Part shown: piece by piece, positions 13,673 to 26,823 of the stretch
Layout: the number at the start of each line of letters is the position of its first letter
Numbering within the stretch: position 1 is the stretch's first letter
Assembly: GCA_951406725.2 (NCBI GenBank)
Contig: OX597818.1
Span: 9,672,001 to 9,736,000, forward strand
From: Octopus vulgaris
Lineage: Eukaryota
Direction: 5' to 3'
DNA length: 64,000 nucleotides
Made by a program: the position numbers and the translations under genes
Notes under the pieces: generated by a model
What the model saw: only the letters and a program-made list of their open reading frames with translations
Database searches by the model: none
Told to the model about the DNA's origin: nothing

Positions 13673-14261
13673 TTTTTGCTGAACGATGCTGGAGCGAATT
13701 TTTCTCCCTCTTTCATATTCTATTTTTAAAACATCACATCTATAGAAGACATTATCCCAGAATAAAAAACACAGCAAATAGCCTATTCAAAGTGCGCATA
13801 TATTGGTTCCAAAATTATGTATATATATATATAGAGAGAGAGAGAAATAAAGAGGTTAAGACTGAGACATCCATGTATCATTATCATACTTAATATATAC
13901 ACCGGGTAAGGCGATGAGCTGGCTAAACCATTACTACGCCTGACAAAATGTTTAGCCGCATTTTTTTCGACTTTATGTTCAATGTTCAAATGCTGCCAGT
14001 GTTGACTTTGCCTTTTATTCTTTCGGGCTCGATTAAATAAGTACCAGTTTAGCACGGGATCGATGTAATCGACTAGCCTAGCCCCCTTCCCCGAACTTAC
14101 TGGCATTGTAACAATATTTGAAACCAATATATGCGCACTGTGAATAACCTTTTTTCTGTGGTTTTTATTTTGGGATAATGCCTTTTATAGATGTGATGTT
14201 TTAAAAATAGAATATCACAGGGGGAGGAAAATTTGCTCCAGCATCTTCCAGCAAAAAGGCC
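13670..14261. repeat. Inverted repeat, ~145-bp arms (13670-13813 / 14117-14261)
   Basis: The left arm GGCTTTTTGCTGAACGATGCTGGAGC...GTGCGCATATATTGGTT aligns to the reverse complement of AACCAATATATGCGCAC...GCTCCAGCATCTTCCAGCAAAAAGGCC with scattered mismatches. Confidence 0.9.
13907..14125 (+). mobile_element. SINE family B
   Basis: Head AAGGCGATGAGCTGGC, core GACTTTGCCTTTTATTCTTTCGGGCTCGATTAAATAAGTACC. Confidence 0.85.
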
Positions 14262-15168
14262 AGATACATTTCATTCTCTTTGGACTTTTCCAACGGCACC
14301 TTCTCACAACGAATCACATGATCAGGGAGAAGTCACCGTCTCCAACATAGGAAAAGGTGAATGAAATAATCATTGACGTTGGGAATAGCAAAACGGTTAG
14401 TTACAGATTTGGTCTACTCAGTTGAGCCAGTATAAAATTATAATAGCCATCCAGGGAACAGACTTAATGTATACACACTGCTCTATAGGCTAGTTACTGT
14501 GACATTTGTGCTGGGGTAACATCTGTTATGGATGATATAGCAAAAATTCAATACAACATTCACTGATGCTGCGAAGAGCTGGTGGGACGGATTTTCGTCT
14601 CTGTCTAATATTGATTGTGCTTTTAACACATCTTATTCATAAGAAATATTATTCCAGGAAAAATACCGCAGTAACTGGCCTATCAATAGTGAGTGTATGT
14701 TAAGAATAATATATATATGGCTATTATAATTTGATATTGCCTCAGTTGCGCATATCGCATACATACATGCGTACATATGCATGCATGTGTGTATGTATGT
14801 ATATATGTATGTTCTTCTTTCACCCTTTCATTTCAAGTAACAAGGTTGTGAAAGAAAACAACTTGTTTTGTTCATCATCTTTTAAATCTTTAGAATGTCT
14901 TTCAAGTGTTTATAGTAACAGCTATCGTAATCTCTCCAAGATTTCAATTCCAGCCATACCTCGCTCCAGACATGTTGGTATGTGTCTTGTTGGTCAAATA
15001 ATAACAGGTGTGAAGCTGAAAATGTGTGTTGGGTACCTTATCAATTGTCCATACATGGCCTCATTCATGTATGTTTGTATATATGTAACTATGTATGTAC
15101 GTACGTAGGTATGTATGTACATATGTATGAATGTATGTATCTGTGTGTGTGTGTGTTTGTGTGTGTGA

Positions 15169-15228
<60 letters not shown>

Positions 15229-16118
15229 CTAATACTAGATTGCAAAACCATGAAAAATTTGAAACAAGAAAGAAACTCTTATGCCATCGCTTGATCTGCT
15301 AGAAAACCTCACTTCAAATCACGTCCACTTGTCTGCGATGTACAAAACAAGTGGATGAAATATTCCCAGTTCTGGAATATCTCTAGAACAGGGGTGGGGA
15401 GCTGCCGATGATAGTAGAAAAAGAGTCCAAAACAGTCGAATTGGCTTAAGTTAAATGCACGTATGAAAAATCAACATCAAGGGGCCCAGTACCTTATGTA
15501 GAGGTGGGAACATCCAAATAAAATCTAATGGATTCCACGAAGGACATGCGATATACAAGCGAAATTGTATAGACGCTAATTTACGATGGGATGATGATAG
15601 ATTATATATATTAAGAAAACACGCAAAGAAGATACTCTGATTGGTATCCATACCAATAGTCTACTAGAAGTATTAAATAAGTTACCAGAAGCAAATGTTC
15701 TCTTTCCTGCTCATAATACAGAATGGTCATGTTTTGTTGCAGTTCTGGTTATGTTAAAGATGTGCTTCCACCAGTAAAGACCTTTGATGAAAATTGTCCT
15801 TGTTATTATTCTCGTTATTGCTGTTGTATTTACTCCAGAAGAAGCATGTGAGTTAACTTTGTGTCCAGGTGATTTCTGCTTAAATTTACCGGGCTTTTTT
15901 TCCCACCTTGTTATATGCCTATTTTACAGAATTTTATTAATATTTGTGAAGGGTTGAGAAATTGCTTTGCCTGGGAGTAGCTTTTTTACATAATGAAATC
16001 CAAATAGTGTTGTGTAAATTTGCGCCATCTGGATTGAGTTTACAAGCAAGGTTACTTGGTTGATAAAACTGAAGTCTCTAAATGTAGATACGCTAGCCAT
16101 TAGTGATACGAATATCAG

Positions 16119-16187
<69 letters not shown>

Positions 16188-17579
16188 ACGACACAACACA
16201 GGTGGGCAAAGATCCACACACATAAAGACATGAGTGTGCAGACACAAGAACAGATATACTTAGTTATAATCACGTTGATAAGTTAAGCGAAATGTTCTGT
16301 TACGGTTAGTAACCATTTAATCTTTGCTTAAAATATATCTGTTCTTGATATTGCACATATTTTTAGTTCTGAAAATATTTTCGATTGTGATGTAGCTAAC
16401 CCGAGGTTATGTACAGTAAAACAATATATATTCAATACTGTCTTTGATTATAAATTGATTAAAATTATCACCAAACTATATAAAAATGTAATGAAATCAA
16501 AGAAAACACCAAAAAAATCATCTCCCTGAAAACATCAGCAAATAAATGAATAAAACTTATTGAAAACCTTCAAAAGAAGTCAATTTCTACCACTTATTGG
16601 CTTTACACTTCAGAAGAAAGGGCTAGACAAGTAGTGTTGAAGTGAAGCTGGAAATAGCTCTTCACCATTACTGACGTCGACAAATGGAACTAGCTTCAAG
16701 TACTAAAAGTAGAAAGTTTCGCAGACACATATTTTTTATACATATATATTTCTTTACCGTTATTTTTAAAAATCATTTTTACTTCTATTTTTATTTTATT
16801 TTTTACAACCAGTGCACAATCACTCAATTGTTATTCAAGAGGATTTCTGATGAATAGAATAGAATTCTCTCTAAAATATTTTAAAGGACTTATGCTATCT
16901 GCCTGCAAGACATTTGTTGCAAACTATTCAATATTTCAATAGTTTATTAAATCCGGAGAGTTTTATCATTAAGACTCTTGTTTAGTTTCATATTGTGTGT
17001 GTTTTCATTGACCTCACCAATTTTCTTTTTTCTTTCTTTTTTCGTTTTATTTATATTTTATATCTTTTTTTCTGTAACTGTGTTCAATGACAGTTCTACC
17101 ATTCAGAAGAGTGAGCCTAGATGCATACAGAGCTGATAACAAACCAGCCATTTCTAATTATTTCACTGGGTTAATTACCTTGTTTATCTAAACAAGAAAA
17201 TAATGGTTTTCAAACATTTATTTAATTAATTACTTTCAGTTTAATAAACCAAATGAAAATTAAGTGAATTGCAATTAAATCAGACTTATTGTCTCGCTCC
17301 CCGTCTTCTTTTCAATTTTAAGATATTAAAACGTATGAGAGATGTACGATAGAAAACATATTATTGTTCGGATGCTCAAAATAGCACATATATATAACAA
17401 CAAATATTTACACCAGCGTATCTTTGTCTATATACATAATCTTTGTCTATATACATAAGAAAATATGTTGGTAGTAATTTAAAGACAATTTATCACATCA
17501 TTCTCATATCTGTGAGTATATGACGACGATTAAAATAATGTCTATAATTTAATTGTGTGTAGTTCTATCATGTTCTCAT

Positions 17580-17760
17580 TGTTGCTGTTTAACCTCAGCT
17601 TGCCAAGATCGAACTAATTTATAATTAAAGTCGTTTCGTATATCTAAAATTCATTATTTAATGAATTCTTCTGTCTTTAAAATGTAGGAAGCTATTTGAA
17701 GAAGAATTGGTTGCTGTTTCTAAGTGGTAGAGTGACCACTTACAGATTTCCACTGTTGGT
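17580..17760 (+). repeat. Old interspersed repeat family D (representative copy)
   Basis: Pattern TTGTTTA(G/A)CC...GATC...TTGG(C/T)TGCT(A/G)TTTCTA. Diverged copies lie near 27910-28080 (+), 55370-55450 (+), 55870-56080 (+), 28810-28990 (-), 29330-29545 (-) and 56400-56600 (-). Confidence 0.55.
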
Positions 17761-17793
17761 TTAAATTTAGTTACGTATAATGTATGGTGCATA

Positions 17794-18012
17794 AGGCGGT
17801 GAACTAGCAGAATCGTTAGAACGCCAGACGAAATGCTAAGCGGTATTTCGTCTGACGCTACGTTCTGAGTTCAAATTCCGCCGAGGTCGACTTATCCTTT
17901 CATCCTTTCGGGGTCGATAAATTAAGTACCAGTTGCGTACTAGGGTTGATCTAATCGGCTGCCCCCATCCCTACCCAAAATATTTCAGGCCTTGTGCCTA
18001 TAGTAGAAAGGA
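17794..18012 (+). mobile_element. SINE family B, well preserved
   Basis: GGCGGTGAACTAGCAGAATCGTTAG...GAGTTCAAATTCCGCCGAGGTCGAC...GGCCTTGTGCCTATAGTAGAAAGGAT. Flanked by the direct repeat TAATGTA(T/C)GGTGCATA, a probable TSD. Confidence 0.92.
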
Positions 18013-18361
18013 TAATGTACGGTGCATATTGCAATTAGTATATTTTAAATGCCTATATTTATGCTTCTGATGTTGTTTTAGTTGATGTTGTTGTAATTGA
18101 TGTTGCTGTTAAAACCAACGATGGTAAATTGGCTGGATCTTTTAAGCGTCCCGGATTCATGCGGTCTTATTTCAACTCACGCTTAAGTCACCTTGGCTTT
18201 TCATTTTTCTAAAATCCTTTAAATAATGATGATTGCAATGTTGGAGTATCAGACAGGAAGTCTTTCACTAGTATATTTTACTCTGAGTACAAATCCCACT
18301 ATTGAATATACGCACACATACACATATGGGTATATGGGTATGTACTTATATATTTGTATCA

Positions 18362-18398
<37 letters not shown>

Positions 18399-19304
18399 GC
18401 CATAAAGTTTGTCAAAATTAGCTTCAATATTTGAAACCAATTTTAGGGTATCTAGATGTAATTTGAGGCAGAAAAAATACTTGTCTCATTTTATTCATTA
18501 TTCTTATTTAGTTTCATGAAAACTTTGATGATGAATTACTTTTGACCATATGTTGCTGACGCTACCTTTCACAGTCTTTTATTTTTCTTAAACATTGTTT
18601 TCAATACTTTATATAATATAACATAACTTTTACTTTTATGATAAGAAAGTGTCGTTTTTATTTCTAGCAAGTTGAGCAGTCACATAGAGGATCCCTCGTG
18701 CGATTGCTATTACATAATCGGAAGATCATTCTCATATTATCTTCACGTCTTATACTGTTGGATGAATTTGTCGAATGTAAAAATATTTCACTAATATTCA
18801 TAGCTTCTCTCTACATATTTGCAACAGTTTCTCTTTATCTCTAACACACACCACTTAATACAACCTATCGTATGTACAGATGACTTGCTTCGTCAGACAC
18901 CTTTCTGGATGTCATCCAATCTAACATTTATATAACAATTAGAATTCTACTGTTGATAAATGTTCATTCTAAATTAAATTCAATCACAGCTGTTTTCGCT
19001 CATCCTTTTCAATTTCAACTATTCATAAGTAATTAAGTATTTTCTCTGGTTTCGTACGTAATATATAATTGCATATTGATAAATACGGCCATGCTAAGTT
19101 TTTGTGTAGATCAAATTCCTCCACAGTTCTTTCGGTAAATTCTGTAACATTTTATATTCATACACATACAGCTGACCTCTATTAGTTTGTTATTTACATT
19201 GTAGTGAAATTTTGATAGTGTTTGCCTTGGCCTTTTTGGAATTAAGTGACCAGTCATTCATTGCCATTTCATAGATACGATTCATGGTTTAAAATACATA
19301 TAGA

Positions 19305-19505
19305 TTATAAATTTTGGCACAAGGCCAGCAATTTTAGGGTAGATGCAAAGTCGATTAAATCAACACTACTGTTCGGCTGTTACTTATTTTATCGGCCCCA
19401 GAATGATGAAAGGCAAAGTCAACCCCGGCGGAATGTGAACTCAGGTTATAAAGACGAACGAAATGCCACTAAGCATTCTGCCCGGTGAGCTACCAATTCC
19501 GCCAT
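19305..19505 (-). mobile_element. SINE family B
   Basis: Reverse-complement match to the family-B head and core (GATGAAAGGCAAAGTCAACCCCGGCGGAATGTGAACTCAG). Confidence 0.85.
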
Positions 19506-19844
19506 GTGAAGGACTTTGTAATCAATTTATAAACTTTATGCAATAGTTCAACCTGATGTACAGTCTTTTAAAAGAGACACACTGGATATAGATAATGAAC
19601 TCCAAGTTACATGTGATTATAATAGTTGGAACATTGATTATTATTGTTAGAACGTTATTGGGGTCAGGTCTGACATCAGGTAACAACAACAAGAACGACG
19701 AGAAAAATCATCACCAAGCTTTGCAGTCGTTATTGTGTCTCTCCCACCAAATTCTGCACAATTTTCAAGCAGCAATTTCTACTCAATATTTTGCTTTGTA
19801 TAGCGACTCTATATCACATTTAACAAGCTCACTTCGTGACCTTG

Positions 19845-20603
19845 TATCTTTTATTTTTTACTTGTTTCAGTCATTACACTGCTGCCATGCTGGAACACTG
19901 ACGACTTCGAGAAGATTTTACTCGAATGAATCGACACAAGGTCTCTATTTTAAACCTGGTACTTATTCTGTGAAGGCGCATGACTCAGTGGTTAGGGCCT
20001 CAAGTTTACGATCGTGAGGTTGTGAGTTCTATTCCCGGACCGGGCTGCGTGTTATGTTCTTGAGCAAGACACTTTATTTCATGTTACTCCAGTTAACTCA
20101 GCTGTAGAAATGAGTTGCGACATCACTGGTGCCAAGCTGTATCGGCCTTTGCCTTTCTCTTGGATAACATCAGGGGTGTGGAGAGGGGAGGCTGGCATCC
20201 ATGGGCGACTGCTGGCCTTCCATAAACAACCTTGCCCGGACTTGTACCTCGGAGGATAACTTTCTAGGTGCAATTCCATGGTCATTCATGACCGAAAGGG
20301 GTCTAAACTAAGCTAAGGTACTTATTCCATTGCTAAGTTAGGTGGTCTCAAAAACACCAGCACCGGTTGTCAAGTGGTGGTTGGAAACAAACACACAAAA
20401 AGACCCCCACACACACACGTACACACACGCGCACACACACATACACACATATATATGTAAACACATATATACGACGGATTCTTTTAGTTTACGTCTATCA
20501 AATCCACTCACAGAGATTTGGTCAGTCCGAAGCTATAGTAGAAGACGCTTGCTCAAGGTGCCATGTGGTTGGGAAGCAAGATTCTTACCATACAGCCACG
20601 CCT
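19845..20603 (-). mobile_element. SINE family A, interrupted by a family-C SINE
   Basis: 5' part at 20317-20603 and 3' part at 19845-19968. GGTACTTATTC is duplicated at 19958-19968 and 20317-20327. Confidence 0.82.
19972..20305 (+). mobile_element. SINE family C (tRNA head plus CORE-like domain)
   Basis: A box GACTCAGTGGTTAG, B-box-like GAGTTCTATTCCC, CORE-like TGTTCTTGAGCAAGACACTT...CTCAGCTGTAGAAATGAG; 11-bp TSD. Confidence 0.85.
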
Positions 20604-20740
20604 GAAAAACACCGCAAAAATAAGTCCAAAATATTTTTCAGAAAAAAACATTAGCCACTTGTTAAACTCTATAGAAAGCTTCATAGAGTGCTGTTGAAAC
20701 ATCAGAGTGTGATGATCCATATATGCATTGATCCGGGACT

Positions 20741-20772
<32 letters not shown>

Positions 20773-21283
20773 TTACGTAATTTTGCTGATTTGCAATGTC
20801 TGACTCACCAGTATATTACAGGCGTTTGTTTATACTATTTCTACTTTCTACCGTGTCTTTTTACATAATTCCGTGTCAGCTTCTCTAAACTAGAAATTGC
20901 GTACTACCTAACATAAGCAAGCTCGATGTACTCACCTTTCTCACTATTTACATGTTTGTTCTTTTATTTGAATGCTGCAGACTGTATGTTGCATCACTTA
21001 ACAAGGCGCGTAAATTTACTATCGACTTTCTGCTTGAAACTGAAAGCATTTTGAAACGCGATAATTTTGATGGTAAACTGTTAGAAATGATGATATCCAG
21101 CTGCAAAAATATATGCTTACCAAACAAATTTTTTGTAAGATTTTACATTTGTTTCCCTTTAAAAAGCGTAGAGATATTATCAGGCAAACACACACACGAA
21201 CAGTAACAACCACACTGACACATTCCCTCACACATACACATACAAACGCTTATACACAATCCTATACGTTCATATGTACAAGA

Positions 21284-21320
<37 letters not shown>

Positions 21321-21485
21321 CATGTACATATATATATATGTATGATGTATATGTATATACATACATACATTCATACATACATACATACATACATGTATAC
21401 ATACATACATACAAACATACATACATACATATATATATCCATACATACATACATACATACATACATACATACATACATACATACA

Positions 21486-21517
<32 letters not shown>

Positions 21518-22044
21518 ATCGTCATTGTTATTTTCGTGGTTTAAAGTTTATTCCATAATTCCCTGTTTCCCATGTTGATTATTATTACTGCTCCTAAATT
21601 AAATCCTAAATTATTATAAGCTATTTGATGAGTACATATCTACCCGTGTTCTTCGAATTCGAAAGGCTGGAATGTGCTACGTTTAACCTCTCTAACTATA
21701 TAGTTTACTGTTCTGTTAAGATAAAATCAACAAAAATGTATCTTACCTAGTGAAAGATAAACATCATTTAGTGTATACAGTATAAAGTTAATATCTACTA
21801 ATAGTTTCTTCCTGTTAAGACACATGTCTAGGCAGGGTTTTATAACGCACCTTGTATCTACAAGCAACCCTAAGGCTCTGAGCACATGGTCTTTCCTATT
21901 TGAAAATCAGGACGCTGGTACATAAGAGATCACGAGAATAAAACGAGGAGGTTGATGCAAAAGGTGAGAGCGTGAATAAAAATGGAGAAGGAAAGAGAGA
22001 GAAATAAATTGAGAGTTACACCCCCTTAAACCGTAAAAGTCATG

Positions 22045-22076
<32 letters not shown>

Positions 22077-22077
22077 T

Positions 22078-22140
<63 letters not shown>

Positions 22141-22147
<7 letters not shown>

Positions 22148-22500
22148 AAAGGGCTTAGTAAAATAAATTACTTTGCCGCATACTGAACTCATTAGAAATA
22201 GCAGCCAAAAAACTTTTTTAAAACTATTTCTAATACTTAAAGAAAACCTCTCTCATATAGTGTTTGCTCAATTTAACTCACGAAAGTATGGGGGTAAAGA
22301 CATCAAAAAATCAAATGCAAAGGTTATTTGATTTTTTGATGTCTTTACCCCATACTTTCGTGAGTTAAATTGAGCAAACACTATATGAGAGAGGTTTTCT
22401 TTAAGTATTAGAAATAGTTTTTAAAAAGTTTTTTGGCTGCTATTTCTAATGAGTTCAGTATGCGGCAAAGTAATTTATTTTACTAAGCCCTTTTATATAA
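22141..22500. repeat. Near-perfect fold-back palindrome (arms 22141-22316 / 22326-22500, 9-nt loop)
   Basis: The arms are reverse complements. By eye the only difference is GGGGG versus CCCC. Loop GCAAAGGTT; the left arm abuts (TA)n. Confidence 0.97.
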
Positions 22501-22609
22501 TGTAATAATTTGAATTCGCCTTAAATGGTCCCTTTGCATACTGAACACTTGGTGAAATTGATTAATAATTAATTAATTTTACCCTCAATTGTTGAAATAT
22601 ATATATATA

Positions 22610-22685
<76 letters not shown>

Positions 22686-22789
22686 TGTATGTATGTACGT
22701 ATGTATGTATATATATATATATATGAGTGTGTGTGTGCGCGTATGTGTGTGTACACATTATTTTAGAAAGTAAAGGATCCGAAGACGAT

Positions 22790-22960
22790 GGTGCCCTGTT
22801 CACAAAACAATTCTCCATATGCTTGCATTTGCTGGAAATTTCGGATCAGGAATTAAATACTTCGGTGGGATTCTTAAATCTGAATAGAATGTGCGATCTT
22901 TCAGTTAAGACTTCCACTTTAATTTCACATGCGAACTTTTTTAGCAAATTCAAGTATATG
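22790..22960 (-). mobile_element. Penelope-like element ORF C-terminal remnant
   Basis: The minus frame reads LTERSHILF..VFNS*SEISSKCKHMEN, resembling the PLE GIY-YIG-domain tail (CL.EK..I...LLNKRSE..SKCRH). Confidence 0.45.
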
Positions 22961-23205
22961 GACAAATTTCCTTTGGCGAACTGGAGGATACCATCCTCTC
23001 CTGAAGAATTTCTTGTAGGAGATATCTTACAAGTTTTCTACAATATGTACAATTTTATAATTCCTACTAACAAATGTAACATGCGTAATATTAGATAAAT
23101 AACACCAAAAATTATTCTAGTCTCCTGTTTTGATGTGTGTGAGTGTGGGTGTGTATAAAGAGCGAATCAGACAGACAGTTAAACAAACAGCTAGATAGAT
23201 AGATT

Positions 23206-23324
<119 letters not shown>

Positions 23325-23959
23325 TCTCAAGGACAATTTAGGAGTCTCCAATCGAGGAGTGCCTACGCCCGCTTAGTATGGTATTAAGTAGTCGGTTTAA
23401 TGAAACGCTCTTACTAGAACATAACACTTAGTCTTCTTTATTCTAAGCAGAAATCTTTTTCTTTGGTTTTATAATCCCACGCGTCTGAAACGATATGAGG
23501 ATTTTAAACATTCTCCCATCGGATTTAACTTGCATTTTATGGAATAATTTCACGTTTGCCATGCAATTTAAACAGAACTTTTAAAATTAGCTTTTCTGTC
23601 GTCTAGTTCCAATAACTGCAGGTAATGCTTTCTATATTTCTTATATATCTCTCGTCAGTTTTTCCGATTTATTTTATAACATAATTTACACCTCCTGGAT
23701 ATTTTAATTTACAGAGCATAAGTTCTACTCGCTGTGTTTGGGTACTGTCAAGTTTGTTACAATTTTTATAAAACTGATTTTCCTGTAACATTCCACAAAT
23801 GCATCCAATTCATTTTTAAGAAGACATTCTATGTTTATATATATTTTATTTTATTCATGCTTGTTCTATATCTACTGAGAAAGGAATTTTTGGACAAAGG
23901 TAAACATGTATGCATATAGATGCATGAACTGAGGCATATCCTCTTCTTTCTAAAATGAT

Positions 23960-24025
<66 letters not shown>

Positions 24026-24213
24026 CGGACATATGTAAATCTTCCTCTAGTAAGAAATACATGATTCACTTATCAAATAATTACATGCGAAAACAAGTAT
24101 AGAAGCAAGATGTCTTGTGCATTCATTGACTTAAATGCCGGCTTCTTATAAGCGTTGGTATAAAATTTCAATTTTATGATTCAAACTCGACATTTGAACA
24201 GACTTAAATTACA

Positions 24214-24730
<517 letters not shown>

Positions 24731-24874
24731 AATTGAAAAATAGTTCAATTCATTAAAGTGCGTAAAGAATCGTAAAAGACTGTTAAGAGCAATACATGTA
24801 CTCAATTGACCCACTATACGATCACTTTTATATATAACAATGCTTTCTCTGGAACTTCAAAGTAGGATTATACA

Positions 24875-25262
24875 GAAGCAGGCGTGGCTGTGTGGTAAGA
24901 CGCTAGATTCCCAACTACATGGTTTCGGGTTCAGTCCAACTGCGTGGCATCTTGGGCAAGTGTCTTCTACTATCGCCTTGAACCGATCAAAGCCCAGTGA
25001 GAGTATTTGTTTGACGGAAATTGAAAGAATCCCAGCACACATATATCCATGGGAGTGCGTCCATGTCTATGTGTGTGTTTGTGTTCGTGTTTGTCACACA
25101 CCCACCGGCTATGTGCTTACCTTCCCTCATCCAGGGATTTGGCTAAAGTGTCCGGTCGAATAAGTACCAGGTTTAACAAGATAAATTCTGAGGTTGATTC
25201 ATTTAAGTAAAAATTCTTCCAAATATGGCCACAGTTTAATGACTGAAGCAAGTTAAAGATTA
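24875..25262 (+). mobile_element. SINE family A
   Basis: Head GCAGGCGTGGCTGTGTGGTAAG...GGTTCAGTCC; tail ATGGCCACAGTTTAATGACTGAAGCAAG. Confidence 0.85.
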
Positions 25263-25292
25263 AATATACAAAGAAAAAAAGAGGGTATGACG

Positions 25293-25323
<31 letters not shown>

Positions 25324-25449
25324 CATATATACATATATATATGCCGCTGAATCCTTGGCATCATGTTTTTATTTTGATCAATTTACTCCACCACCTACAC
25401 CACCAAACGGTATACACAGGTGCTTATAATTATCAAGTACTCACCCCGA

Positions 25450-25504
<55 letters not shown>

Positions 25505-25636
25505 GGTTAAGCAACAAGTTGCTTCACCACATATCGAAAATTTAGAAATAGCAGCCAAGGACAGCTTATTCCTTTTTACTACAGATATTACTCCACATAT
25601 AGCAATATTTGTAACTCACATAAGCAAAAGAGTCTT

Positions 25637-25706
25637 CGATTAATTGTGGACGCGTTTCTGGGTTAGAATTATAGAAATTCATTCCCGTCCTCAGCACAAT
25701 AATTCG
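25637..25706 (-). ncRNA. Type I hammerhead ribozyme (Penelope-like-element type)
   Basis: Minus strand: cgaattAUUGUG-CUGAGGA-[cGGG..GAAUU-ucuau-AAUUC..CCCa]-GAAAC-GC-GUC^CACAAUuaaucg. The CUGAnGA/GAAA/GUC core is intact, stem I is 6 bp plus extension, and stem III is palindromic (ACGCGU). Confidence 0.8.
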
Positions 25707-25751
25707 ATAATTTATAAATTTGAAAAATGTTAGGAACCTACCCATTATACA

Positions 25752-25820
<69 letters not shown>

Positions 25821-25921
25821 CATCTTTTTGTTAAACATGGTACCCATTCGACCGGACACTATAGCCATACCACTAGGTTAGGAAAGTTAAGTACACAGTC
25901 GTTGGTGGGGAACAAATACAT

Positions 25922-25955
<34 letters not shown>

Positions 25956-25989
25956 GCACACACACACACGCAGGCGCGCGCGCATATAA

Positions 25990-26430
25990 GTACGTCCATG
26001 GTTGTGTGGTTAGGAAGTTCATTTTGTTTGCAACCACGTGGTTTCCGCTTCAACTCCAATACCTGGCGCCTTCGGCAAGTGCATTCTGCTACTACTACGG
26101 AGCGACCAACGCTTTATTAGTGAATGTGTTGCAGAAAATCTGCTTCTATGCATGTGTGCGTGCGTGCGTTCATGTAGGGGGGGCTGTGGGGGGAGGCGAA
26201 TGTGTACGTATATGTTCGTATGTGTGTACATGTATTGCGTTTGTGCTCCCATCGCTTGAATAACCGTGTTGGTTGGTTTGCGTCTCCATAACCTAATGGT
26301 TCGGCGAAATATGGTGATACAATAGATAAGAGACTGAAAAAATAGATTCTAGGTTCATTTGGACTCATGAAAATTGGTGCTCCAGCATGACACAATTCCA
26401 GTGACTGAAAGGAGTAAAATATTAAAAGAA
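25990..26430 (+). mobile_element. SINE family A, older copy
   Basis: CATGGTTGTGTGGTTAGGAAG head; GGTTCGGCGAAA and GCTCCAGCATGAC...GACTGAAA 3' motifs. Confidence 0.78.
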
Positions 26431-26772
26431 AACATGCATAGTTAGATACAATGACTATATGCCTTAATTAGGAGAATAACGATGTTGTATATAATATGCT
26501 AGTGTCTAGCTACCACAAACTCCAAAACAACCATTTTGAAGGTAAATCTTAAAATAGGTGTCCATCATCTGTTTGATAATTTCTTGTCTGTTCTGCCAGC
26601 TTAGGATGTCAAAATTGATATATTTATATGCATACATACATACATGTATACATACATACATATGTGTGTATGTATGTATACATATTTATATATATATGTA
26701 TTTTATATATTCATATATATATATATATGCATCTATATATTCACATATATTATATACATATATATGTATATA

Positions 26773-26823
<51 letters not shown>

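Noticed and set aside
15389-15500. CAGGGGTGGGGA, similar to a hAT-type terminus
   Set aside because: No matching opposite TIR or 8-bp TSD found.
16300-17400. TE-poor AT-rich stretch with TAAT, TGTTTA and GATAA motifs (possible enhancer or small exon)
   Set aside because: Such short motifs are expected by chance at this AT content; no conservation data.
17421-17458. 19-bp tandem duplication TCTTTGTCTATATACATAA (similar short duplications near 1211, 5589 and 27330)
   Set aside because: Ordinary slippage duplications; not CRISPR-like (no spacer array, eukaryotic context).
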